Source: Orbicella franksi (lineage: Eukaryota). From it: a stretch of DNA of 64,000 nt. Shown one piece after another: positions 21,701 through 37,400 of the stretch. The notes below the pieces were generated by a model, which saw nothing but the letters and a program-made list of their open reading frames with translations, ran no database searches and was not told the origin of the DNA. How positions within the stretch are numbered: position 1 is the first letter of the stretch; each line of letters starts with the position of its first letter. The position numbers and the translations under genes are program-made. The stretch spans positions 6,324,001 to 6,388,000 of the forward strand of contig OZ116708.1 in assembly GCA_964199315.1 (NCBI GenBank). Reading direction: 5' to 3'.

Positions 21701-24700
21701 GTGTCTGAATTTCCAAGTACGAAATGGGTAGTGCTCAGCGCAGTGGCCTATACAGCCACTGCCTTAGGGCCTGTTCTTATGTCGAGCCCGGGTGACAGGG
21801 CTCACCTGGTTACCGAGTGTGGAAGCTTACGAGAAGTATTGTGATTGATGTGAACAGTTCCTTGAAGTTCACGGGTGTTAAAATGGTCGTGTTATGCCTT
21901 CGAGTCCCAAATCGTTTTAGAAAGCCTCCAAACGGCCGTACATACCTACAATAACGACTTGAAAATGGCACTTGGCAGTATTTCCTGCTTTATCTGATGC
22001 AGAATAAGTCACGTTATGTTCTCCCCATGTGAAGTCGCTTCCATTTTTTCTGCTTGTTGTAAGTAAGTGAACGCCGACATTATCTGTGACAGTGACTCCA
22101 GGAAAAAAGATCTTGGTCCATTTCTCTTTAGACGTCTCGTGGATGTCATCAGGGCATTTTGCAATCTTAGGGGGCTCTAGATCTGTCAGGTACCGGTTTT
22201 TTTTTTTTAATTAAAATATATATATATAAAAAAAAAAACAAATAAATAAAAATATAAAGCAGTTTTTCTCCACGCTTCATACAAAATTGACATTTTAACT
22301 GGATCATTTATTTACCAAACTCAAAATTTGCCATCTTTCATAATCTATCACACTCATGATGCTCATTCTAGCAGTATGCAGTAACATGTGAAGCTATTAA
22401 ATATGGCCCAGATGGGATACATGCAATCGTGAGTTTCTACGCAGGTCAGTAAATAGAGCACCAAACTGGTATTTAAGAGGTCACATTACCAAATTGACGT
22501 CAGTTTTTCATGCGTCTGTCCTCTTATTGGTCATGAATTTCGTCATAATATTGTCAAAGTAGCTGTGGTTCCGTAGACTACTTTGACGATGTTAGGATGA
22601 AATTCATTGCCAGTAACAGGACAGACGCATGAAAAACTGACGTCAATGTGTACCTTTGACATGAATAAAAAAGACACAGCTTCTACTCAGACCAGATGAG
22701 TCGGTGACTTTGTATGTAATGTGCGTTTTACCAACATCCAGCTTTTGCGGTGGTCGCAAACCATTGAGAGTCAGGGTCTCGTTAGAGTTGTCGGTGGGGA
22801 CTGGTACCTGCCACTTTACGCTTGCATATGATTGGCCAGGCCCTGTGGGAATATTGTCCATATCAGGTGGACATGTAATGCTGGGAGCCTGGATATCTGT
22901 CGAGGAAACAAATTGCTTGAAATAAATACTGAATTAAGAAATGATAATACGAGAGGAAAACGGACGAGTTGATGGGATAGAATTTAACATTGTGCATGAA
23001 CCTGTTTTGTTTGAAGTATCTCGGCTATCCCGACACCTATCCCATTAAAAATTCAGCAAGTTAAAACAAAAATCATAACCGTGATGGAGGTTTGGACACC
23101 CGTCTTAATTAGCATACATTTTAAGGACTTTACCTCTCCGTTTACGCCTCAGCTTTTGTTTCGATTGAGAAAATTTATCAAACACTCAAGACACTGTTTC
23201 ATCGGCTATCCCAATACCTCGAACTTCATCAAAAATACTTCGCTGCGCGTCGTATTTTTAACTGTTCTCTCGGTGTTTGGATATCCCGATGAAACACTGT
23301 CTCTTGTGTTTGATATGCTCATGGCGAAATAAAGTAACGTTTGCATGCATTAAGTTTTCTGCAGTATTTCCCCGGTTCCCTCAGTCGTGTTCTTTGCTCC
23401 ATAAAATTAAACCAGGAAAAATAATTTCGTTTTCTTGAGTTTTATAAACACCGAGAAACAACAATAATATGTACCCTGTCGATCGCACTTTCACTTATCT
23501 CATTCTAGTAGTTCTATACATACGCAACACATGTTACCTCTGCAGATGGTCTTTGTGGTATCATCACTCCAAGATCCACTCTCAAGGCAGGATACTTTCG
23601 ACGCGCCCTCAAGTTGATAACCGACCGTAACATTGCACATGAAAAAGCACTCAGATTTATAAAGGACACCAGAGGGTATCCGGCAAGTACTTGGAAAAAC
23701 CGTTCCGTGAGATGGGGCTACAATGCTTGGGCACTTGACGACTGATTGAAGAGGATAAAAGAAAACAAACACCTTAAAGAATCGTTGAAATTAAACAGCT
23801 GGATAGGACGCAAGGCCATTGTTTTTGTTGGGGGTGGGAGTGGAGGGTGGGGAAATGTACATTTCATATAGTAAGCAAAAATCTCCAGTTAACAACAAAA
23901 CACTTAAAAACTTAGCAATCGTGGTTATCCCATTACAGGTTTATTAAGCTGTGCAAATTGACAAAACTAAACTGACTCATGATATTAACGGTTCACATTG
24001 AAAAATACGACTTGTTAAAACAATTGTTGCGCATAGGTTACTTACTGTTGCATGTTGTCACGTTGCCTGACCATGTTCCATCTGTTCTACATGAGCGCAA
24101 AGGCGATCCAGCCATTCGGTATCCTGTGTTACAAGCAAGGGAGGCCTGGGAACCAAATGCGGATCCGCATGAAAGAGAGGTTATGGATCCATGAATTGGT
24201 GGCTGGAGTATTTGGCATGATTTTCCTAAAGAATGAAACAGATTTTTCTTTAATGAAATGTTTAGCTTAGAAAAAGACATCGTGTTAGATTTATAATTAA
24301 TAAAATCTTAAATCGTGCTATTTGTCTAAATCTTTAGTGCCCTGGTGTATGTGCATGTGCTCAGCGCTAGTTCGTCTTTTCAACAAACTTAGTTACTGCT
24401 TCCCTGCTTTTGAATAAAGCACCTTCATGCAGTAGCAATAGCCCTTTTCACGGTTAATTGTTGTCATTTGCATTACAATGTAATCCAACGTGGATGCGAG
24501 GCAATTTCGGGCTAAAACTACAAAATAGCCCGAAATTGCCTCAGATACATGCTAGATTTTATTGTAATGCAAATGAGCAAAGGTAACCGTGAAAAGGGCT
24601 GTTTGCTATATAAATTATGATAATTATGAATATTCTTAGTCATCATGATAATTATTGTTAACATTTATTACCATTTATTTCTGTTACCTTATACAAGTGT

Positions 24701-27700
24701 GGTGACCTACTTGCAACTTGCACAATGAAAGTGCAGTTAGCTCGGTTTCCACTGCTGTCTATTGCGGAATACAGTACATTGTACAGACCGATACTGAGGT
24801 TGACAGGAGGACGACTGGCAGGGTAGCTGATAGACACGTGACCAGAGTTGTCAGTCGCCCTTGGCTCAGTCCAGGTGAGTGAAGCACTAGACAAACACTC
24901 CGTGGCATAGAACACCATATTGCCGGGACATGTGTCATTGAAGGAAGGTGGAGTGTTATCTGTATTAAAAACATTGTCAAATGTCTCCAATGGAACTACA
25001 CATTCAAATTAATTTAGTTGATGAACGGAACCAAATTGAGCAAGGATTTTGAGTGAGGGATAACAGCATTAATTAATGGAAATGTATTATATATCAAATT
25101 TGATCTTTTGTGACAGGATATCGAGATCAAAAATGCCAATGTGGCAAAATTTTGAATTTTGTATTAACTGATATTTATTTTCTTTACCACGTTTTTTGTA
25201 CTTTTTTTTTATGTCGCGATAATGAAGAAATCTAATATTAGACCTTCGGGCATACAACTTACATATTTAAAATACGATGTATCAGCCGAGTCTTTTGTTA
25301 CAATGCAAAAGAACACCTTCAGTTGGAAGGAAACTGATATTAAACAGTGAACCAAAAGGAATCAATGATGGCTCGAAGAATCCACGATTTAAACAAATAC
25401 GAACAAGGAAATTGGTGAACACTTTTTCTAACTTTTGAAATCAGTAAAACAAAGCGTTCGACACACTCAGTACGTTATCGTTGCTTTTTCCACTTTAATA
25501 TCACGGGTGGCAAGTTTCCCCTTAATCTTGGCGCTAAATTTCAGTGTTGACTTATAATTTCACATGTGAAAGTACAGAATTGACATGGCAGCGTTTGGTG
25601 TGACATTTCTCGATACAATAAACAAGTCAAAACATATATATTTTTTTGATGGATTAATTAATTAATTAATTAATTAATTAGTTTAAAATATTTAATTAAT
25701 TGATTAAAATTCTAACTTCACCCGTCAACATTTGGCTACGCATACTAGTGATCAGTTTTGGCTTTTTTTCATTTCAAGTGGTCTCTAGGCCTAGCCCCAA
25801 CAAGTATGCTGGTTGACATGTAATCGAAGCTAGGAGCGCGAAAACTCGGCGCAAACGGATTTTGAAGGACTTCCGTGATGGTAGCCGAAGTAATAAATGG
25901 TAGTCAACGGTTGTGAAATAGACTCTCGTCTGCCGCAACCATTTCAAAGAATGAAATGACCAGTAAATTTTCGAAGAAAAGAGAAACCATTCCCAAATTT
26001 AGTTAAGCCACATAATCATACCTCTACAATTTGTATTGTTCGACCCAGTCCACTGCCCGTCATTACCACATACTCGCACAGATGTCCCTTCAAGGACATA
26101 TCCTGGTCTTTGACAAGTGAAAATGCATGTCTGGCCATACGGACTGCTCAACAGACACGATGATGGAGATACACGTACAACATCATCGGTTGGAGGGACG
26201 AGTGGACCACACGTGATTACTAGACATAATGAAAGTTGACGGATAAATATCAGTTAATATGCAATGCAACGCTTTCTCGTGGTCTACCATGGAATTAATA
26301 TCCCACTTGCCACTTAGCTTACATTTTCTTGATATACACTCGCTTTTATTTTATACCATGTCTTAGAAATTACAGTGGCTAACACCATCAATGCGAAAAA
26401 CGTGCAACCCACGATGGAAAGGTCGGGTGCAATATCGTCTTGTATACAATGGCTTTGCTGTATTCTGATTGGCTGTATTTTCTAAAGCAAGGTAAAACTT
26501 ATTTTATACAGCTGGACTCTCCTAATTCGAACTTGATAATTTAGAAGCTCCCCGCTTTTTCGAACTCAAAACCACTTTGCTTGGAGTTTCCCTTGTTTGC
26601 TTCTCGGTCATTTACTGTCGGGTATTTGTAAGTAATTTCGAACCTCCGTTATTTTGAAACAATTTCCTTTTTCCGTCTGAAATTTAATTTCGTTGCTCTT
26701 TAGTTTCTGATGTAAATAGTTTTCATCTGTTACCTTGACAGTAAGAAGTTTCTCCACTCCAAGTCCCGTTCACCAGACATCGCCTTACTGAAGAACCGAT
26801 CATATTGTAGCCAACATTGCATGAAAAGCTGCAGTGTGTATCATAAGGTTCCCATGCGACATTAGTACAGCCGGTCTTAACTCCATTTGTTGGAGTAGAA
26901 AGAGGAGGACATCTTATAACTGTAGAGATATGAGTGAAAAAAAAAAAAATGACTGCAAGGCTTCGAAAAAATAATTTTGTTATTAGCATACCAGTAAAAA
27001 TTTGGCAGAAACGATTGCAGAGACTCTAGTACTTAGCGTAGCCTTGTGGCTAGGACGCTGGATTTAAAATCAGATATGGTCCTGGGTCAAGACTCTTCTC
27101 ACTTCCGTTAGATATCAATAGAGGAGTTGTGGTCATTGATGAATTGAACTCATTCATGTTTCGTAAAAACATGTAACCAACTGGTCGGCCTCCAACCAGT
27201 AGGGATATTTAACAAGGCTTCAGTTCTATCTATAATATGTGTTTCTTGATCTAAAGTATCTCCAATCAGTACAACAGAGCTTAACACACGACACATATTG
27301 GGTCTTTCTAGTATGATTAAAAGCATTAAAGGGGAACTAACTAGAAGCTAGCTTGTGTTTATTCTTTCGCACCTTGACAGTTAGGTAAAGGATTGTCCCA
27401 ATATCCTGGAGGTTTATTGCCAGGGGCAACACACGTGACCGTTGACGAGCCATTCAGATGATAACCAGTCGTGCAAGAAAAGTTGCACTGTCCTCCAAAA
27501 TGATTACCGCAGCTGCTCAGCCTTAGTGCACCTCCTGAATCGACTGTCAGTGACGTACAATTGATAACTGATAACATTAAAAACAATAAAGCTGGTTAGT
27601 ATATCGTATGATAAACACCTTGTTGTGACAACCATCAAGAAATAACTTTTTATACCTATTACTTTAATAGTGAAGATACAAGTAGCCCTGTTTCCTGATT

Positions 27701-28455
27701 GGTCCACTGCAGTGTATGTGATCACGTGGGTTCCCTGACTGAATCGTTGAGGTGGTTTGTAATTTGACGACAGTGACGGCGCGGCCCCTGAGTTGTCAGT
27801 AGCATTCGGTCTGTTCCAGTTTACTTGGGCTGAAAACATACCACGCTCTGCAAACACTAGCAATGGGCTCGTTGGACACGTGACACCGAATGTTGGAGGA
27901 AGAACGTCTACAAAAAGAACGAGTGTTGCATTAGACCTTTTCTTTCAACAACAGAAAAAGAAGTCAGTTGATGAAGTGTTAGTGTGCCACCATTTGGATA
28001 AAAATATATAGCAGTAATTTCATGGGGTACTGTTTATTGTGATGTGCATGGACCCAACTTTTAATCTGTGTGTGAAAGCTTAGAGTTCGTTTCTTTGGCA
28101 AAATCCAAGATTTAGCTTTAAAATATTACGACACAACCTTTCTTAACAACATTTAAGACATTTTTTAAACTGTTCAAAAAATACACGACGTTTGTTTTCG
28201 AACGTCATCACCAAGTAAAAAAAAAAAAAAAAAACAGTATGAATATTCTATAAATACAAGAAAAACAATAGTTAATTAAAAACAAAAGTAACATAAAAAT
28301 ATGCTACAAGCTAAACAAAGAGTTTAGCCATTTTTTGCATGGGATTCTTAAATCCAGAAACGGATTTTTCGTTTCTTTACTTAAAAGCCTAATCCAAGAT
28401 CACTCGGTTCATGGATCATAAAAGTAGCCGAAGAAACCTAGCCCAGAGTGGATCC

Positions 28456-28499
<44 letters not shown>

Positions 28500-31400
28500 T
28501 ATTTTTATTTTTATTTTTCTTGATGCAGCATGATCCGAATGATCTTGGAATGAATTGTTTAGTAAAGAAACGCACCCTTAGCCCAGAGTGCAACGTTTGA
28601 AATGAAGGTTTTTGAGTAATACTTTTATGCGGTACTATTTATTATTGTGTACAAGGTGGTTTCAACTTTTAAGTCTCTGTCTGTTAAAAAAAAAACAAAA
28701 AAACAAAGCAAACAAAAACAAACTTTTCCGTCTGTGGATGGAACTCTCGTGTGTAACCATTCAAATGAAAGCTACTTAGCATTAATTTTATGAGTTACTA
28801 TTTATCATCTTGTGCAAAGTCGTTCTAATTTCTTTGTCCATGGATGAGCACTTGCTTGTTATGCTGTTTGATATGGTGCTCAAAGTGTTGTTATGTAACA
28901 TTATTAGGTAAGTGGATTAAACCCGAGTGCAAGATGAGAGCTTTGGTCTACAACATTTACCTAATTGAGGTCAATGAAAGAAAACCCTATTTTCTGTTAT
29001 ACTGTACACATTTACCTGTGCAATTGATGGGATTTCTACTCCATTGTCCAGTCCGCAAACATGTTCTGGTCACATTTCCGGCAACACTGCCATATCCACT
29101 CTGACAGCCAAATACACAGCTGGATCCATACGTATTACCACAGGAAACAGTCAACAGAATGGCCCTTGAAGGGATGCTCAAAGGCACACAGGAAACGGCT
29201 TTGAAAAGAACGAATAAATTATCACTTTTAGACAAGTTATCAATTGAATGCCAATAACAAACCAATTACTTATCAATAAGACTACTTAGCCAATCCCAAA
29301 CTGTGGTAAAGCAAAATTCAGGCCAAATCAAAGTAATAGGCCATTTTACAGTTGTGTGTTTAGTTACCTGGCTTGTGAATGCAACCGAGGCTGGAGGTGA
29401 CCTTGCTTTGATACAGAACTCGCTGCGTTACTCATTTAAATGCGAACTAGTCAGCATTAGAACAATTTGATTTACACAACAGAAGGAGTGAGGTTTGTAT
29501 CATACCAAGTAATCTCCGGTCTCGTTGTTATTCAAAGCCCAGGCCACTAATCGGACAACAACAAAAAGGGTCTAAAAAAACCGCTCTAAAAGGGATCTCA
29601 ATTAATTAAGTCCTCTAGTGTGAGCGTCTGTACGGTGATGAGTAATAATCTATTTCACCTTGGCAAAGGAAATCTTGGCCACTCCAGGTTCCGTTATCGA
29701 GACATCTTCTTGATGGCGAACCAATTGCATTAAACCCACCATTGCAGGAAAACAAACAAACAGTGTTGTAATCCTCTGATCTTGTTCCTGTGCAGCTCTG
29801 ACGAATGCCATTGGGTGGGGCTAGTAGAGCTGGACACGTAACAGCTGAAAAGACAAAATGTTACACATTTCGGTTATATGGAAGGTGAAGGCCTTATACG
29901 CCGCTCCAGTGCAAGGCGGTTAGGTGAAGGCGAAGCACATGCTGGTTTTTATGCCATTCTAGATTTCTTAAAGTTATGTTCGGCGCCGACTGGGAAGGCT
30001 ACGGCTATGAATTGCCTCGGGTGTTTCTCTCTCTCTCTGACTTCTGAAATGAAATCCAGTTAACGGAAAACCATGCGTAATATGTTCTAAACTTTGCTGT
30101 TAAGCAACGAAAGAATATTTATCCTAACATATTCGAGTGCTTTGCCGTGTACTCATTACAATTCGTGGACGTGGGAAAAACTTCCCAATCCCGTTTATCA
30201 ATCAATGTAATCGAGTTTCAACCAAGAGCAGGTTTGACACCTCACCATTACACCGAGGTTGTGTTCCACTCCATACTCCATTGCTATCACATGTGCGAGT
30301 AGCTGACCCAATCAGGACGTACCCAATGTCACAGGAAAACCGACAGTTGTCCCCTGGGAAACTATTACACGGCGCTAAGCTTCCATGAAGAGGGGCTGTC
30401 AATTGAGGACAGCTAGTCACTATTTCATGAAAAAAAATAACACAATTTAGACTTCTGAAGGGAATGAGTTGCTCCTGAAGTCTGTAGCTATTTTTTATGA
30501 CTCCTAACCATAAACACAGTCCTTTGTATTATTCCCACGGCCCTTTTCCGCGCTGTTTCTTTGCTAACCGAACGCAGAGACGCGGCCAGTCTTATAGCGA
30601 AGACAGAATTTTATTTTACACTGTAGTAGAGCTTCACCTGCTTCACCTTACTTTTGTGACAGAGTATTTTGAAGATCTCAGAATACCGCCAATTCGTCCT
30701 CTCAGAAGTAAAAAGAAAAACAAAATACTAGACTAAAAACTCAGAAACCATCGACGCAGGTGTGTGTGTATATTTATTTTGACCTGTGGACTAAAAGTTA
30801 TATTCGCCAAAAGAATCATTAAATTGGATATTCCTATTTTTCTTGGAAATAAGATCTTAGATCAACGGGACCTAGTTTCTTTTGAAACTGCCACAACAAT
30901 GCCATATATAATTACCTCCTTCGCATGTAAAAGCATCACCAGGCTTCAACTGTACTCCCTCAGGGCAAAAACACTGATGACCGGAAGGATTTGGAAGGCA
31001 AAGGTGACTGCAGCCCCCATTCAACTGCGAACAACTAGTGGATCCTATAAGGCGCAAGGGAGAGGTATCTTGTTAATTATTATTGTATTGCGAATCCAAT
31101 TAATTTATGTTCAATTCAGCTCTCTTTTTAAGTTTGATTGGGTTGAGCCATGTTGTTGCTAGCCAGTTTCCAAAACTAGGATCGACCAGTGTCGTTCAGT
31201 CCATGTTAAAGTACGATTCGTGGTATACACAGCTTTTACGGCGAAGAGGAGTTGTTTTCTTTGAACATTTCTTGTCTCATTGACCTAGCCGACAGTTTTC
31301 GATAGATATACATACAGGATTTTCTCCGGCCTCTTACACATCTACAATACAAGATAAAATGATTACTGATTGTGATGACCGTGGCTACTGATATATGACA

Positions 31401-34400
31401 GTATATAGGATTATTTTGGCCGCTTCGTAGCTAGTTTTCAAATAACTTACCAAAATAATTCGTGTGCAGTACATATTTTCAATGATGTGTATTATTAGTA
31501 TAATCTGTCGTCTATGTTAGGCATCTGTAAGAGGCTAGTTAAAACTTAGGCCACCATGAAATCAACATGTTTCGGCACAATCAAATCAACTGACAAAAAT
31601 ACAATGCTAACCAGTAAATAGTTTGGACTGATCATAAATATGTAATTCCATTGGTCGGCCCATTCCGTGAACAACGACTTCCTTCAAAGAAGTTGTCATG
31701 TTGTACTCGTGAATACTTCGACTATTCCAGTCAGACCAGAAGAGAACGTCACCATATAGTGCGAGTCCGAATGGGTGCATAGAATCCAGTGATAAATCTA
31801 GTATCACCACGCGATTATTTCCTTGTAGGTCCACCCTCTCAATTTTATCATGGTACCCATCGCACCAGTACAGGAGTCTACTTTGGTAATCCATTGCGAG
31901 CGAGTTCACCCACGTAAGTCCGAAACTAACAAGAGTTGCCCTGGCAGAACCGTCCATGTTGGCTTGTTCGATTTTTAGCGATACTCCTCTGCCACCCCAA
32001 TACATCTTTCTAAAAGGATAGTGTTGCAAATGAGCATAAAGCGGTAACAAAAGTAAACGTTGGTGAGAACATTGTCTTACAATGATAGCTTTTTTTCCCG
32101 GAAAAAGCAGAATTATTTCTAAACAGACTGACCCCTTTCCGAAGATTTGTTAACATTCTCGAACATTATAAAGCATTGTTGAAGATGACCATATGTCTCA
32201 AAAACGTCGAGAACGATCGTTAAAAGAAATAGAAGAGTGACTGAACTTCAAAATATTAATTTGCATAGATATCTGATAGTTTGCATAGATATTCGATAGA
32301 ATGTCAGCAGAATTAAACGCCATGTAATTGCATAGTGCTTTTTTAAAGTTTGGATTACCTTTCTCCAATATCAAGCAGTATGGCTCTTGGCTTTTCGATG
32401 TTTGATGTGACTAGACTCCTTCTAGATGACCCATCCATCCTTGCGACCTCAATTCTATTATTTGCCTCATCTGTCCAATAAATATTACGTCCAACATAAT
32501 CTACTGCCAGTCCTTCCGGGGTAATAACATTATTATACGCAATAACTTCAACAGAGGACTCGTTAGGAAATGCTCTGGCCACTAATCCCAATGTCACGTC
32601 ACTCCAATAAATTTTTCCTTCGACTGGATCGTAATCAACGGCCACGGGTCTTGAGATGTTTGTGCTGATTTCCAGAGGATAGCAAGGGATCTCGGGCACT
32701 TCCAGAGGTACTTTGTAAATTTCTCCAGTGTCTGCTTCAGCAAAAATTATGAATTTGTCCGAGCTTGTTTTGTCGAACATACCTTGAACATTAAACAAAT
32801 AAATCCATGAGAATCGAACTGATCTTCATATTTCACAGAAGTACATAAAGACTTCCTTACTATTGGTGATGCCGCTCTCAGTATTCACCTGCTATTATAA
32901 CGAATGTCGACAACTTAAAAATCTCAAGTAAGTAGACCTTACAATGAATCAAAAGGAGATCAGACCTGTTTCATTCACAGAGCATTTTTTTTCAGCCAAC
33001 GTTATATCTATCGACATCACTTATTTTAACCTCTGAGTAGTAAATAATGTTAGCGTGCTTTCGCTCTATTCTTTTTTGTTCTTTACAAGGTGCCTTTGTC
33101 CTCACTGATTCCACGACTTAAAGCCAAATCTGCAAAGCCATATGTTACAAGGAGCGTCTGAACTACCAAGGAGTACACACAATCTAACCAAACTGCTGTG
33201 CTGTTGTCCCTAGGAAGGGTAAAGCTCAATCTATCAACTTTTTAAACTTGCTCAACTCGTTATATTGTTTACGGAGGCGATGTTATCACTGTACTATGAA
33301 AACGGTGTTCAATCGGGTCCCTTTTTGTAACGTCTTTTTTGTTGTTGTTGTTTTTACCCTAGTTATTAGTGTTTCACAAGTCAAGACGTGCAACACGCGA
33401 CTCAACATTACGATGTAATCCACGTCATATAAGATATGTTACAAAGAGAGGGAAGATGATCCGTACAGTAACCGAATACAGACAAGTCAGCTATAGTGGT
33501 ACTGATTGAAAAGATTGAAGCAAATTAACCTATTGATTTCTCACCATGGTCACAGGTTTTCCCATCAGATTTCAGGGCAATACCCGTCGGACATGCGCAC
33601 TGGTATCCTCCTGGCTTCAGAAGGCAGAAATCGCTACAGAGTCCATTGTTCTGAGAACAATTATGAGAACCTGACAAAAGTCAATCGAAATGAGTAATTT
33701 CCAGCAATAGATATTTTCAAATGTTTCGTATCTTGTGTATGTTATTTTTTTAATCAAAGTTCATCATGCACTATGACTATACATCTTGTGATTTACTGTT
33801 GCTTATTTCTTTTTTAAATATATTTTTTAACAAAATCGGACTGGCAAAGAACCATTCTTTGCGACAACAGAGTTCAATAAGTGTTTCACCATCTGATGAC
33901 TGATATATTTTCCCAGAGTTGTTGTCGAGTGTTAGCGAGGAAGAGGAGCGTTGCTTAGCTTGTGTGATACTTGATAACTTTTGCATCCACAGATTAAATA
34001 CAAAACTTGGTTTATTGCAGGACTGTACGACAATNNNNNNNNNNNNNNNNNNNNNNNNNNNNNNNNNNNNNNNNNNNNNNNNNNNNNNNNNNNNNNNNNN
34101 NNNNNNNNNNNNNNNNNNNNNNNNNNNNNNNNNNNNNNNNNNNNNNNNNNNNNNNNNNNNNNNNNNNNNAATATCAAGGTTGGATTAAATACGTGAATGT
34201 CCATCGGCTTCTGGAGGCCATTAACTACGATTTCCTGGTTCCCATTGCTTACGTTTACACGTGAAATACTCTTGGTGTTCCAATCTGTCCAGTATAGCAT
34301 ATCCTGATACACAGCCAGTCCGAAAGGATGGATATTAGCCCCAGATGACATTATTAACTGTCTGTTTCCTCCATTGAGGTCTGATACTTCAATTTGATCA

Positions 34401-37400
34401 AGTTTAGCATCAACCCAAAACAGTCGATTTGTTGGTTGATCGATAGTGAGCCCATTTGGCCAGCCGAGGTTTCCCGTTGCTATGGTTCGTCTCGCTGAAC
34501 CATCCATCTCAGCCCGTTCAATCTTCGGATTAGCGCCCCAGTCTGTCCAGTACATTATGCTGAAAGCAACAACAAACACAAAAGGGTTTTAAAATTATTA
34601 TCATGGACGGCTAGCCGATGCAAAGGTACCGGCAGCCATTCAGTTTAATTGCCTCTTTTTGTCAAGCCGCTGTTTAATTAACTGGGAATGCGCATTAACT
34701 CAAAGCTGTTAATTGCGATGCTATTTTATGCAGAAACCATACCACTTGCTCACTTAGATGCAAAAGCCACGTGCAAAGGTCACGGTTGCAATTCTAAACT
34801 TACTGTTTGTTGAGGGACGTTCCCATTTTAGTATGTCTCACTCTAAACCAACGAGGTGATAAGCTGCAGCTATGCTTGTAATATCGCTGATTTCCACAGT
34901 CAACATCATAAAATGACTAGCTATTAATACAACTATAATGAAAAATATCGTAGTCTTATACAGTAGTGAATGCATCTTACCCATTTCTCTCATCAAGTAC
35001 TATGGCCCTTGGCTCATCAAGTCCATCTTTGATCAGCAGTTTCCTCCCAGTTCCATCAAGCAATCCTACTTCAATCCTATTGGCTCCTGTATCTGTCCAA
35101 TAAATGTTTCTTCCCACGTAGTCAATAGCTAAGCCGTCTGGCGTCTCAACATTGCAGCGAAACAAATTCTTCACTGACGTGGCATTGAAAAACGCGCTGA
35201 TGATTCGACCTTGAGCAATGTCCGACCAGTACACTCGATCTTCGACAGGGTCATAGTCCAATGCGATTGGGCGCTGGGTCCCAAGATGGTAAAACAAAGT
35301 CTGGGAGGCGAAATAGTTCGTGTCCAAGGAAACAAATTGGGTGGATTTGTCATCAGCGTCGGCAAAAAGAATAAACTTTTTGACTTCTGTAATAAAGATG
35401 AGAAGGATTTGGTCAGCTTTGCTACTCAAAAACGCAAAGGAAGTTGTGGGCTTTCTTTCATAAAAAGAAAATGTTGTTCTAGGCGTTTTGCGTTTTAGCT
35501 CCAAGGCTAGGCGCTATGACGCAACCCATTCCATTCCACTGTTGACAACACAATCGGAAGAGAGAAGATGACTTTTGGGGGAAATAAGTCCGTAATGATT
35601 GTGCGTAACTGGAGACTTGTAGTTAGAATCCATTTTAGTGTTGCTATTTAGTGAATGGAACTTTTTAAGTTACCGGTTCCTTATCGACCACATGTGTTTC
35701 GGTAAACACAAATTATAGTGTGTGTAACCAAGAAAAAGAAACGAAAAATTTTCACTAAAATACACCGAACATGTTCTGTCATATTTTGTTTAAACCATTG
35801 AACTTTATTCTTCGTCCGGAAGGATTTACTCTAGATCCCCTACGAGTTATTTTCTCGCGTCATATTGGCTCATAAACGGTTAAATTGAATGGGATCACGT
35901 CATAGCATGCATTGAGTCATAAAACTACTCATCTAATATTTTGGAATGCGACACACAAAGTCCTGCACATTACTCGCGCCTGTTCATACAAGGGAAACAC
36001 TCGTTACCATTGTTCATGTCATTTGAGCATGTGACCTTTTAAGCCAGCCATTATGCGATGTGCATGTAACTACTCGAAACAGCTCGATACCACCCTAGCT
36101 ATTCAAAAGACAAATGACTTACTGTCTTCGCATGTCTTGCCATCTTGTTTCACAGCTATTCCAGTTGGGCAAACACACTCATAACCGGATGATTTTGTTA
36201 CACAGAAATGGCTGCATCCTCCATTGTTTACAGCACAAGGATTAGAAGCTTTAAAAAAATACGTTAAAAATATTGTGAGACTACCGACAACAAAGACGGA
36301 GATATATATTACTACCATTGTTAGAAATATCAGACAAAATTGTCAGGTTTAGGCAGCGTCCACACAACGGCGGAAAAAAAGGAACCTGACAGCTTTATCT
36401 AGTTTTAGATTAGGCGTTTCGGAAATGCTCTTCAAACCGGAGGAATTTTAAAAGCTGTTCTCTGATGTGAACGGAAAACATTTTGGAAACGGAGCTTTAC
36501 GAACGATAACGTCACTGACATCATGTCAACTGATTTCCTGACCGAGTTTTCCTCAAACACAAATTCAAATGACCGGTGATTGATGCGTTTTTACTTTCCT
36601 CCGGCGTAGTACGAGTGTGGACGAGTGCTGTAGTGTTAATATAAAAATTAAAGAGACCAAGCCACTATCTACAGCAGCGTAAAGTCGTTGGTGACAGCGT
36701 GAACACGTGACTTTGTTGGTTTCCTGTCCTAAAGAAACACAACATAAACATATATATTATGACCTTTTTAATTAATTAATTAATTTATCTTTTCATTTTT
36801 ATTATTTTTTATTAGTTTTTGCACTTTTAAAGGCGGATTTAGAAATTACGGTATTCGCTTACCACTAAACGAAATTTAGGGGAAAAATATCAAAATTTTT
36901 AAATCAAATTTACAATTGGCTTTAGATTGTCGGCCAAAGTTGCGAGGTTAATGGAAAGTAAGACGCAAGTCAAGCCGAAAAATTGTCACCCACGTTTGCA
37001 TATACAGCCCTGGTCTGCAAAATCTGCCTTTAAATACCTGCAGGTTGCCGAGAAGCATCGTACGCTACAATGCCCATGGGTTGCCCGCCGTTGACACTGT
37101 ACTTGCGGATCACTTTTCCAGTGGCAGCATCCAGCTGATGGATGTCTTCAGCTGTAAGCCAATCGGTAAAAAACAAGAAAGGTGGGATGAGTGCCAGTCC
37201 AAATGGATGCAAACCACTGAGTTGATAAAGCAGCTTCCTATTGCTGCCATTGTAATCGACGGACTCCACTCTATCATTTCCTGCATCCACCCAAAAGATA
37301 CGCTTATTTCCTTTGTCAAGCTCAATACCATTAGGCCAGTTGAGATTAGCTGTCACGATGGCGTTTCTTTGGCTACCAATAAGCGAAGCTCTTTCGATTT

